Shown in pieces: positions 8,530-17,340 of a stretch of 25,697 nucleotides of DNA (position 1 is its first letter; every line of letters starts with the position of its first letter). The position numbers were made by a program, and so were the translations under genes. Under the pieces are notes generated by a model that worked only from the letters and a program-made list of their open reading frames with translations, was not told the origin of the DNA and ran no database searches. Source of the DNA: Myxococcota bacterium (GTDB lineage Bacteria > Myxococcota > UBA4151); assembly GCA_036338695.1 (NCBI GenBank), contig JAYZBQ010000079.1, forward strand, positions 1 through 25,697. Reading direction: 5' to 3'.

Positions 8530-9432
8530 ATGTACAATCAGGTCTCACTCGCTGATTTGATCCTGCGGTGCCGCCAGCGCGCCGACATGATCAATACGCA
8601 ATTCGTCACGGATTCGGAGATTACTTCGTATCTGAACGAAAGCCTGGGCGAGCTCTATGACCTGATAGTGCAGAACGCTGGCCAGGAGTTCTTTCTACGG
8701 CGGGCGTGGATCGAAGAGACCGCGCCCGCCAATCCTCCTGACGCGAGCTTCAATGGCTACATGGTGCGCGATGCGCAGGACGGAACGTATGCCGTCCTGC
8801 CTCCTGATTTCTACAGGCTGCTCGGCGTCGAGGCGCACTTCGGCGACGGCATCCCGTGGCTCATGAGGCCGTACACGTTTACGCAGCGGTTCATGAACTC
8901 GCCGCGCAACAACAGTTTCATGAAGGGGATGGATTTGCGCTATCGCCTGGGCGGCGCGATCAACACCATCGCGGATGCCACCGATGGAACGGGCGTGGGT
9001 CAGTTTGGAAACATGCCGGTTGTCGATCCAGTCGTGACGCCCGAGCAAGCGACGTGGGTCCATCAGCAGAGGCTTTACTTCACGCCGGTGCCGCCTGACC
9101 TCACCGAAAAGCCCCGGATGATCTCGGTCTGGTACATCCCCCTACCTCCCAAGTTTATCGACCCAGAGCCGCAACAACAGATCGTGCCTGGATTCGCTCA
9201 CTGGGACGAATACATGGTCGCGGATGTCGCCGCTCGTATGCTCGGCAAAGAGGAGAGCAGCGCCGAGCAGCTGCTCATCCTCAAGGCCCAGATCACAGAG
9301 CGCCTCCTGGCGAACGTCCCAGACCGCGAGGCCGAGTTTCCTGAGAAGGTGCAGGACACCACCTCTGGATTCCAAGTCAGAGCGTATCCATATTATTTCC
9401 CGCAATACTGGCCCAATTTCTGGAATTACTGA
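8530..9432 (+). CDS. Head-to-tail adaptor protein (300 aa)
   Basis: N-terminal helical bundle LADLILRCRQRADM...DSEITSYLN, then LPPDF, YF.PVP, WY.P.P and a C-terminal helical region, the pattern of podovirus adaptor (P22 gp4/T7 gp11-role) proteins. Position before the nozzle. Confidence 0.75.
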   Translation: MYNQVSLADLILRCRQRADMINTQFVTDSEITSYLNESLGELYDLIVQNAGQEFFLRRAWIEETAPANPPDASFNGYMVRDAQDGTYAVLPPDFYRLLGVEAHFGDGIPWLMRPYTFTQRFMNSPRNNSFMKGMDLRYRLGGAINTIADATDGTGVGQFGNMPVVDPVVTPEQATWVHQQRLYFTPVPPDLTEKPRMISVWYIPLPPKFIDPEPQQQIVPGFAHWDEYMVADVAARMLGKEESSAEQLLILKAQITERLLANVPDREAEFPEKVQDTTSGFQVRAYPYYFPQYWPNFWNY

Positions 9433-9815
9433 TGGCCAGATACAACCGACTTCAGCCCGGACCTGGCGCATCGTTTCGAGGGACCGAGCCCGCGATCGGG
9501 GCGCGAGTGCAGACCAGCACCCAGGACGGCCTGGACGCGCTGGAGCGCGCCGCCCTCGGGCCCGCCTCCCAGAACGGCGCAGCGCAGGCGAGCAACGGCG
9601 TCCTGACGCCTCGGAAGGCCATCAAGGAGAACAAGCCCACGCTGATACCCCATAAGCTCGGGAGGCCTTACCGAGGCTGGAACGTGGCGCTCAAAAACCA
9701 GGGCGTCAGCTTCTACTGTCCCAGCGGCGAGAAGTACGACAAATCAAAATTCATCTGCGTGCAATATCCCGCAGGCACCGCCCCGGAGGTCGAGGCGGAA
9801 TTCTGGGTGTTCTGA
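9432..9815 (+). CDS. Small tail-associated structural protein, 127 aa
   Basis: TGATG overlaps at both ends. IPHKLGRPYRGW motif resembling small beta-domains of phage tail/fibre-associated proteins. Confidence 0.6.
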   Translation: MARYNRLQPGPGASFRGTEPAIGARVQTSTQDGLDALERAALGPASQNGAAQASNGVLTPRKAIKENKPTLIPHKLGRPYRGWNVALKNQGVSFYCPSGEKYDKSKFICVQYPAGTAPEVEAEFWVF

Positions 9816-12800
9816 TGGCGCTGTCTAAATTCCCGGTCGAGGTGCCCCTCGGTGGCGCAGTAAACGAAGGCGACGCCCCGGTGGTGGTGCAGCCTCCTCG
9901 TATCCGTGAGGCGAAGGACTGCGCATCGATCAAGGGCGGCGCTTACCAGAAGAAAGACCAGCAGACGGCGGGCCAGGCGGTGAACCCGCAGACGCTTTCC
10001 ATCGAGCACACTCGCGACGCGACCACCACGTTTCAGACGACGAGCATCGAGGTTTACCCTGATGACGGGAGCTCGAACACCGAGAGCTACCCGAGCCCGG
10101 TCACGGGCCGCGAGCTCCGCGGCTACTCGCCCAGCGAGTCAGACGCCGTCAAGCAGCACGGCGACCACGCTACCCTTGAGCTCGCCACCGGCGAACAGCG
10201 CACATTTGCCGCGTGGAATGTGGATCCGATGGGTGGCTACGGTATCGCCCAAGGTGTCGGGCAGGACTCCGAAGGCGACGCGCCGCTGACCGCCCCCGCG
10301 TCGATGTGGGCCAATTCGGACACGTACGCATCGGCCTATTATCGCATCGACGGCGCGCGCTATGCCGTGTTTGACGGCGACACGCAGAAGGGGCCCGAGC
10401 GTCGTTACACGCCTCTGACCGCTGCAGAGGTCGCCAGCTTTGCGCCGCCGAGCGCCCTTCTCCCAGGCGCTCCGGTGGGATTTCCACGCGTGCGGGCCGA
10501 CTCCACGACGGGTCCCGATCTGTACTACTGGAGCTGCGCGGCGATCGCCTATCCCGTGCGGGGTGCGGTGTTCTCCGACCTCTGGGGCTTCACTCTGTCG
10601 GCCCGGACTCCATCGCCCAGCTTCGGGCCGACGCAGCCGGGGCGCAGCTCCGACAATCGAAGTGTCCTTAACGCGCAGCCCAACCCGAGCAACGCGGACG
10701 GGGGCTCTCCTGTGTCTCCAGGCTGCAAGCTGTATGTGCATGATCAGGACGGCAATCAACTCGCCGCCGCTGTGCATGAGAACGGAAGCGCGGGGACAGG
10801 ACCTCAGCTCACCGCCGCGCTCGATATGGTGTTTGTTCCGGGCGAGGGTCTCTATACGCTCCACGCCGAGACGTTCCCGGCTGCGCCCACCCAGGCGACG
10901 ATCCGCCGCTGGCAATTCGACGCGGCGCTCGGGGAGATTGTCGCGGATGGATCTATCAGCACAGCGCCGCCCACCATCGTCCCGCTGGGCGTGGCCAGCT
11001 GGCCCGCGGGGCTTCATGACCTGGGCGATCGGCTCATGCTCGTCTGGAACAACAGCGCGCGGTACACCTACGCGTATAACCTCGGGGGTACGATTGACCT
11101 GTGGCCCGGATTCGGGGGGGCGCTCTCGATCGGCGCGCAGTATATCCAGGGTGAGGAGACGGTGGGAATCGGCGCGGTGCCCGACCGATTTTCTCGTCTC
11201 TGCGAGAACAATTATCCGAACACGAGCGGACCCGACGCCGCCACGTATCTTTATACGACGAACATGACGCGTGGGGCGTGGTGCGGGTCATTTGTCGCCC
11301 CTGTCGGCGACGGATCCGGGAATCTCTGGTGCGGCGTCCAGTTGCTGTCCTCCGATCAGTTAAACCCCGTGACCGTTCCCGCTTATGAGCCCTACGCGCG
11401 GATCTTCTCGGGCTCGATGCTTCACGCGCTGTTGAACGCCCAGGGCGAGCTCATCGACGCGACCTCGGGCGGGAGCAGCGTGGGAATCATGCCCGGCGTC
11501 GCCATCGCCAGCCACGGATCGTCCATGGAGGGCGTGGGGCCAGTGGTGGGGGTATATGCGTCGGCTCCAGGCGATGACCGGACGGCGCTCGCTCAGAATT
11601 GCCCGCTCGCGTTCGCGGATGTTCCCACGTCGACCTATCTGCTGATCACACGCCGCGAGGTCAGCGAGCTTGATGGTGTGGGCCTGCTGCCTCCTCAGTT
11701 CACCGCCGCGAATCTGAGCGGTCAGAACCAGGCGGTGGCCGTCGCTCAGCTGCAGCCCCAGGCGGCGCCGCTCGGCACCTATCAGATCAACCCATTTCAG
11801 CTGCGAACCAACCTATTCGAGCGGAGCGACGGGAGGCTCTCGCTGCTCTGTTTTGAGCGCAGCGCGCCCAGCACCTTTGACACCGACGAGCTGAACGATA
11901 GCCTCTGGCCATCGGAGCGCAGGGTGAGCGGCGCGGCCTCCCGCGCACGCCCCTACGTGGCCAGCGTCGAGCCCACGCCCGTCATGGGTAGCGTCACCGC
12001 CGGAGACTACGCCGTGGCCGATGGGGCGTTACCGGTGGCGAGCGGCGGCCCCCAAGCTCCCGCGGCGGGATGGGGTCCCCAAGCGCTGGTCGATCGCCCG
12101 TTGCTCGGCGTCCAGCCGGACCTGACCGCGCTGGGTAACATGCCTCTACCCGAGACGATCGAGGGGAGCGACGCGGCGACGGTGGGCCAGTTCTTCACCT
12201 ACGCTGGCCACGCCGTGATCTATGACGAGAGCGGCGGCCAGCACCGGACCGTTCCTCACTCGACCTCGGCGGCGCATGGGATGTTCTTGGGGGGCACCTC
12301 GACGGTCCCCGGCGACCCTTGCACCCAGCTACAGGTCCAGGCCTATCCCGTTCCCTATCCGCTGCTGGGCCTGTCCAATAGCCTCACCGCGGTGATCGAG
12401 GTGTACTGCTCCGCGCCCGAGGAGAGCGGCGGCCCTGTGCAGGTGGGTCAGCTCGATATGTATCCGCTCGGGTTCTCGGTCTGGGGCAGCGATACCGTCT
12501 CGTCTCCAGGCGCGCCTCCCTCGCTTGGCGGGCCCCTGCGACTGCTGGAGACCCTGGGAGGGAGCGAGGAGCTCCTATACACGAGCGCCGGTGAGCTCGC
12601 CGCAGACGCACCAGACCCGAGCGCAGCGCTCGCTGCTGCCAATAACCGCCTCTGGTCCGTGAGCTCGATCAACCCGCGCCAGGCGCAATACACGAAGCTC
12701 CTGCGCCGAGGCTATGCGCCGGAGTGGAACGGCAACCTGACGGTCCGAGTGCCAGGCAGCGAGGACCCGCTGACGGCGGTCGGTGTGCTCCCTGATGGTC

Positions 12801-13681
12801 GAGTGCTGCTGTTCTCCCAGAGCGCCATTTATTACACGTACGGCGAAGGGCCGAGCGACACCGGGCAGGGCGCAGGCTTTGCAGAGCCTGCGCTGCTGAC
12901 TGATACGGTGGGATGCGAGAACAAGCGCAGCGTGGTCTTCGGTGACTTCGGCTGCATGTTCCAGGGTGAGCGCGGTTTCTATCTCGTGGATCGAGGGCTC
13001 AGTCTGACCTACGTCGGCCTGCCATACGAGGACTCGACCACCGGGCCGGTGCTGGCCACCGGTATCGATGGCCTGCGTAGCGAGGTGATCTTTTACTCGG
13101 GGCGAGTCGAGGACGGCAATCAGCAGCGCTGGGTGTTCAATTACCTGCGTCAGCAGTGGTCGACCTTTGGTCAGACAGAGCTCGGGTTTGCAGCGACGCA
13201 GCGCCAGGGGCGGCCGCTGCTCGCGGAGGCCAGCGCGGGAGGCGTGACGCTGGTCGCGCTTACCGAGCAGCCTGCGCCCGTGACGACGATCCCCTTCGAC
13301 TCGGCGCTGATGGCGCTCACCACGGGATGGCTGGCCATGGGGCGCATCCAGGGATTCGGGCGAGTGTGGGAGCTGCAGCTAGAGGGTCAGCAGGAGCTCT
13401 CAAGCGCCAGCGGGCTACGCGTCGAGCTGTCATATGATTACGAGGACGCACCGAGCGAGACGTTTGACTACGACACCCCGGCCGCAGCAGGCGGACGAAT
13501 CAAGATCCGCATTCGACCTCGGCGTCAGAAATGCGAGAGCATCTCTGTCAGAATGAGCGAGTACGTTCCGAGCACCGCCATCCCGGATGCATGCACCGGC
13601 TGGCAGCTCGAAATGCTCACGTTGCTCTGCGGCGTGAAGGTCGGGCTGGACAAGGTTCCGACCACGGAGGCGAGCACATGA
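9815..13681 (+). CDS. Tail nozzle / packaged-DNA stabilisation protein (P22 gp10/T7 gp12-role), 1288 aa
   Basis: Follows the adaptor. Beta-propeller-like C-terminal third (VLLFSQSAIYY, DTVGCENKRSVV, WVFNYLRQQWS, TTGW...QGFGRV, RPRRQKCESI). Confidence 0.7.
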   Translation: MALSKFPVEVPLGGAVNEGDAPVVVQPPRIREAKDCASIKGGAYQKKDQQTAGQAVNPQTLSIEHTRDATTTFQTTSIEVYPDDGSSNTESYPSPVTGRELRGYSPSESDAVKQHGDHATLELATGEQRTFAAWNVDPMGGYGIAQGVGQDSEGDAPLTAPASMWANSDTYASAYYRIDGARYAVFDGDTQKGPERRYTPLTAAEVASFAPPSALLPGAPVGFPRVRADSTTGPDLYYWSCAAIAYPVRGAVFSDLWGFTLSARTPSPSFGPTQPGRSSDNRSVLNAQPNPSNADGGSPVSPGCKLYVHDQDGNQLAAAVHENGSAGTGPQLTAALDMVFVPGEGLYTLHAETFPAAPTQATIRRWQFDAALGEIVADGSISTAPPTIVPLGVASWPAGLHDLGDRLMLVWNNSARYTYAYNLGGTIDLWPGFGGALSIGAQYIQGEETVGIGAVPDRFSRLCENNYPNTSGPDAATYLYTTNMTRGAWCGSFVAPVGDGSGNLWCGVQLLSSDQLNPVTVPAYEPYARIFSGSMLHALLNAQGELIDATSGGSSVGIMPGVAIASHGSSMEGVGPVVGVYASAPGDDRTALAQNCPLAFADVPTSTYLLITRREVSELDGVGLLPPQFTAANLSGQNQAVAVAQLQPQAAPLGTYQINPFQLRTNLFERSDGRLSLLCFERSAPSTFDTDELNDSLWPSERRVSGAASRARPYVASVEPTPVMGSVTAGDYAVADGALPVASGGPQAPAAGWGPQALVDRPLLGVQPDLTALGNMPLPETIEGSDAATVGQFFTYAGHAVIYDESGGQHRTVPHSTSAAHGMFLGGTSTVPGDPCTQLQVQAYPVPYPLLGLSNSLTAVIEVYCSAPEESGGPVQVGQLDMYPLGFSVWGSDTVSSPGAPPSLGGPLRLLETLGGSEELLYTSAGELAADAPDPSAALAAANNRLWSVSSINPRQAQYTKLLRRGYAPEWNGNLTVRVPGSEDPLTAVGVLPDGRVLLFSQSAIYYTYGEGPSDTGQGAGFAEPALLTDTVGCENKRSVVFGDFGCMFQGERGFYLVDRGLSLTYVGLPYEDSTTGPVLATGIDGLRSEVIFYSGRVEDGNQQRWVFNYLRQQWSTFGQTELGFAATQRQGRPLLAEASAGGVTLVALTEQPAPVTTIPFDSALMALTTGWLAMGRIQGFGRVWELQLEGQQELSSASGLRVELSYDYEDAPSETFDYDTPAAAGGRIKIRIRPRRQKCESISVRMSEYVPSTAIPDACTGWQLEMLTLLCGVKVGLDKVPTTEAST

Positions 13682-14067
13682 TCAGACTCCGGGCAGACGT
13701 GGCAGAGATTCAGGGGCTCGCCCAGGCGCAGGCCCAGCGCGAGCAGCCGTTTACGGGTATCGCTGCGCAGTGGAGCGCGGCGAACGCCGGCATGGGGCCG
13801 AGCCCCCTCGGCCCGCTCGCCCAGGCCAATCCGCTCCCTGCGGGATTGGCCGCGCCGACCGCAGAGCCGATGCCGATCCAGGCACCGCCTCCGCCCCAGC
13901 AGCGCCAGCCGCTGGAGGTCGAGGAGGTAGAGCGGAGCTGGCAGGAGACCGCGCTAGGCGTGGCACAGGGAGCGCTCGGAGGGGCGGCCACCGGCTCCTC
14001 GCTGGGGCCATACGGGGCGGTGGCTGGCGGCGTGATCGGCGGCCTCGCCGGTCTGCTGGGAGGATGA
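13678..14067 (+). CDS. Putative small DNA-ejection/internal virion protein with C-terminal glycine zipper, 129 aa (start revised from 13531)
   Basis: GGAGG SD at 13666-13670, ATGA overlap with the nozzle stop. C-terminal GVAQGALGGAATGSSLGPYGAVAGGVIGGLAGLLGG (GxxxG repeats). Confidence 0.6.
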   Translation: MIRLRADVAEIQGLAQAQAQREQPFTGIAAQWSAANAGMGPSPLGPLAQANPLPAGLAAPTAEPMPIQAPPPPQQRQPLEVEEVERSWQETALGVAQGALGGAATGSSLGPYGAVAGGVIGGLAGLLGG

Positions 14068-14068
14068 T

Positions 14069-15208
14069 ATGGCAGACAGAGAACTACCGGCGGGCGCAGA
14101 GGTCATCCTCTCCGAGTTTTTGGATCGGCTCAGGCGTCAGGGATACAGCGGTGATCAGCTGGTCGAGGCGGGGCGCAGGTGGCGCGCCAACTTTGATGAG
14201 GACATGATGAGGCGCGGGGGCTTCGACGAGCTGGAGCGCGTCGTTCTGCAGCCCGAGCCTGAGCTAGACGGACTAGACGCGACGCTCGCCGGGCTCGAAG
14301 ACCAGGCGACCGCGGACGAGCTTCGGGACATCCTCGGCGCGCTTGATGACGGTTTCACGGTCTCCGAAGAGGAGGTCGCCGCGCCCGGCGTCGCGGTGGA
14401 GGCGGTCGAGATTGAGGGGGCTCAGCCCGAGCTCGCGCCCGCGCTTCCGGACCCTCGGCTGTCGCTCTCCGATCCGCTCCAGAATGAGCAGGCGCGCATT
14501 GGTCAGGAGCTCGACGCGCTCGGCGAGGGGCTGCTGCTCCCGCCCGAGCAGCCCGTCCCTACCTATCGCAACGAGGAGGCCGCGGCGCGCCTCGCAGCGC
14601 GTCAGCAGGCCGAGGCACAGCAGGCAACACCCGAGGCCACGCCAGCAGCGCCCACGCCAGGCTACGAGCGCGGTTGGAAGGACTGGGCGAGCCTTGGGCT
14701 CGGGCTCGGAGGCGCAGCGCTCGGAGCGCTCGCTCCGATGATTGAGCGAGATCGAGGTTTCGAGTCTCAGCTGCGAGAGCGCGCAGGGGGTGACACCATC
14801 GCCAGGCGCGAGGGCGCGCTGGCTGCGGGACAGCTCGCCAGAGGCATCCGAGGGGCCAGCCTCGGGCGTCGGGACATCTCACCGGCGCTGGCCCTGCGTA
14901 ATGCGCAGATGGCGGCGGCAAGAGCCGGCTCTGACGTGATGGCCCAGGCCGCCATCGCCTCGGCTCGTGAGCGCCAGGCAGCACAGCAGCAGCTGGCCGA
15001 CATCCGCAAGGCGAGGCGCTCGACGCAGATCAACGCAGGGCTCGGGGCGCTGTCACAGGTCGGCGCGTGGCTCGCGGGCCAGGCCGGCGCAGAGCGCCAA
15101 GGGGCGAGGGACGCCTCGCAGCTCCAGGCGACCCAAGAGCGTAACCGGCTCCAGGCTGAGCAGAACAAGCTCTTCGCCGAGTCGCTGCAGGGGAGGGGTA
15201 AGCGATGA
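14069..15208 (+). CDS. Putative DNA-ejection/internal virion protein, 379 aa
   Basis: GGAGGA SD. Acidic N-half, Gly/Ala hydrophobic segments (ASLGLGLGGAALGALA; AGLGALSQVGAWLAG) and A/Q/R coiled coil. Confidence 0.6.
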   Translation: MADRELPAGAEVILSEFLDRLRRQGYSGDQLVEAGRRWRANFDEDMMRRGGFDELERVVLQPEPELDGLDATLAGLEDQATADELRDILGALDDGFTVSEEEVAAPGVAVEAVEIEGAQPELAPALPDPRLSLSDPLQNEQARIGQELDALGEGLLLPPEQPVPTYRNEEAAARLAARQQAEAQQATPEATPAAPTPGYERGWKDWASLGLGLGGAALGALAPMIERDRGFESQLRERAGGDTIARREGALAAGQLARGIRGASLGRRDISPALALRNAQMAAARAGSDVMAQAAIASARERQAAQQQLADIRKARRSTQINAGLGALSQVGAWLAGQAGAERQGARDASQLQATQERNRLQAEQNKLFAESLQGRGKR

Positions 15209-17340
15209 GCGGTAACAGCCTCGGCACGTCACCGCCTCCCAGGGATGCGACGCCGGAAGAGCAGAAGCTCAATATGTCGTTGCCGGGTGGTGAGTCTCGA
15301 CCTCCTGACGAGGCGCCCCTTAGCAGCAGCGCCGCAAACCAAGGCGCAGCGCGGGCCGCTGCGGCGGGAGGCCAGGCCGCGCCGCCTCCGACGCCAGCCC
15401 GACCATCGCGCTACCTAGAGGACTATCGGCGCAAGCTGGGTATCGTCACGGACGACCGGGGTCGACCCGTCAAAAAGACGGACATCCCCATGCAGCCGCG
15501 AGGCCCCAAGGGTCGACGCGGCCCGCCCATGGCCACGGTTACGCGTCAAGGGACGGTATCGCCAAATCTTGGATTGCTGGCCGACGCGCTCGGAGAGCAG
15601 CAGCAAGCCCAGGCGAATCTAACCCGAGCGTTTCAGCGCCAGGAAGAGGCCAAGGCAAAGGCTCTGCAGGACACCAGCGACCTGCTCGCAGCGGAGGCTA
15701 ACAGGCTAGCGCAGCAGCGAGAAATGGCGATGCAGGATGCGATCGACCGCTCGCGCAAGCTCCAGGCGCAGGCCGACGAGCTCGGGGCGATGGCTCCGAG
15801 CGCAGGGCGCTTGTTTGGAACCGACGCCCAGGCGGCGAGCTTCGGCGCGGCGCTCTCGATTGCCACGGGGGCCATGCTGTCGGCTCGAACGGGCGGCGAT
15901 AACGTGGCGCTCAAGATCATCGATCGGGCGATTCAGCGCGATATGGAGAGCCAGCGCGAGGCCATCAAAAACAAACAGTTCTCAGCGCAAATGGGGCTGC
16001 AGCTTGCCCAGGAGATGCGCGCAGCGTTCCGCGACGACATGGTCGCCAGCGAGGCCATGCAAGCGACGCTCCTGCGCTACACCGAGAATCGGCTACAGGC
16101 GATCATCAGCCAGACCAACGATCAGGTTTTGCGCGCTCGTGGTGAGGAAGCGATTGCAAACCTCCGCATGCAATACGCTGAGAAGATCGAGGCGGCGACC
16201 CGTGGCAGCTTCGGGGTCACGATGGCAATGCCCCTGCGCAAAGCTCAGGCCATGCTGGCCGCGAGCCAGGGTCAAACGCTGCCGCCCATCTCGACGCATG
16301 ACATGCAGCGCGATGCAGCCGAGGGGGGCGGTGAGGCCACCCAGGCGGGACTCGGCGCAGCAGCCGAGCAGAAGGCCGACGAGGCGCGGGAGGACGCGGC
16401 GAAGGCTGCGCAGGCGAAACGCCAGGCCGACCAGAAGCAATCACGCGCCACCAAGCTCAAGCAGCGTGGGGAGCGCAAGCAGCAGACCCAGAACCCCTTG
16501 GCGCAATATGGGGTGCAGCCCATCGAGGGAGCGCCCGGGTGGGGTCGCACCGCTGACGGGCTGGCCATCCCGCTCGGCGCGATTCCCAAGAGCCATGCGC
16601 GCCGAGGGACCCGAGGGCTCCAGCGGATTCAAGTCCCCGCGCAGCTCTGGGGAGAACCTCCGCCGGGGTGGCAGCAGTCGCCGACGGGGCGTAATGAGTG
16701 GGTTCGAGAAGGTGGCGAAAAGATCACTGAGCTCACCGACAAGGAGCGGAAGGAGCTCGAAAACCTGCGCGATCGAACCTATACGTTCGGCAAGCGGATT
16801 CAGATCCCACGCGGGCTCAATGTAGACGAGCGGCGCGAAGACCTCCGAGGTGGGCGGCGGCGGATTAAGATCCCCTACTACCCCGGGATTGACGAAGATC
16901 TGCAGGCGCTGCGCAACATCGAGATGGATTACACGCTCTGGCTCCGCACCTACGGCAACATAAAGAAACGTTTCGCGGATGGGGTTTCTATCGAGGATTG
17001 GGCCGACAAGGAGAGCTTGGCGGACCGTCTCCAGGCCATCGCCCTCTTTAATCGCAACATCTCCCAGGGCGGAGTGCTCAACGCTGGCGAGGTCGAGACT
17101 ATCGGCTCATTCCTCGACAACCCCGCCTCGTGGTCTCTCGTCGCGAACGAGGGCGGCTGGGACGCCATGAACAAGATGATCACTGACGCCTACCGAGCTG
17201 CGGCACAGCAGGTTTTAAACGAAGGACAGCAGCCCGGTTACCGCCTGCCTGATGACGGTCTAATCATTTTTAATGAGGGACTGCGCGAGAAAATAGGGTC
17301 GAGCGGGCCTGCTCGTCGAAGCAAGCGGGGTAAGCCGTGA
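15205..17340 (+). CDS. Putative DNA-ejection/internal virion protein, 711 aa
   Basis: GGAGG SD, ATGA overlap. Long A/Q-rich helices with one hydrophobic segment (ASFGAALSIATGAML). Confidence 0.6.
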   Translation: MSGNSLGTSPPPRDATPEEQKLNMSLPGGESRPPDEAPLSSSAANQGAARAAAAGGQAAPPPTPARPSRYLEDYRRKLGIVTDDRGRPVKKTDIPMQPRGPKGRRGPPMATVTRQGTVSPNLGLLADALGEQQQAQANLTRAFQRQEEAKAKALQDTSDLLAAEANRLAQQREMAMQDAIDRSRKLQAQADELGAMAPSAGRLFGTDAQAASFGAALSIATGAMLSARTGGDNVALKIIDRAIQRDMESQREAIKNKQFSAQMGLQLAQEMRAAFRDDMVASEAMQATLLRYTENRLQAIISQTNDQVLRARGEEAIANLRMQYAEKIEAATRGSFGVTMAMPLRKAQAMLAASQGQTLPPISTHDMQRDAAEGGGEATQAGLGAAAEQKADEAREDAAKAAQAKRQADQKQSRATKLKQRGERKQQTQNPLAQYGVQPIEGAPGWGRTADGLAIPLGAIPKSHARRGTRGLQRIQVPAQLWGEPPPGWQQSPTGRNEWVREGGEKITELTDKERKELENLRDRTYTFGKRIQIPRGLNVDERREDLRGGRRRIKIPYYPGIDEDLQALRNIEMDYTLWLRTYGNIKKRFADGVSIEDWADKESLADRLQAIALFNRNISQGGVLNAGEVETIGSFLDNPASWSLVANEGGWDAMNKMITDAYRAAAQQVLNEGQQPGYRLPDDGLIIFNEGLREKIGSSGPARRSKRGKP

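Noticed and set aside
13950..14067. C-terminal GG suggesting a ubiquitin-like modifier or double-glycine bacteriocin
   Set aside because: No beta-grasp pattern and no E1 or transporter genes. It is the end of a glycine-zipper segment typical of ejection proteins.
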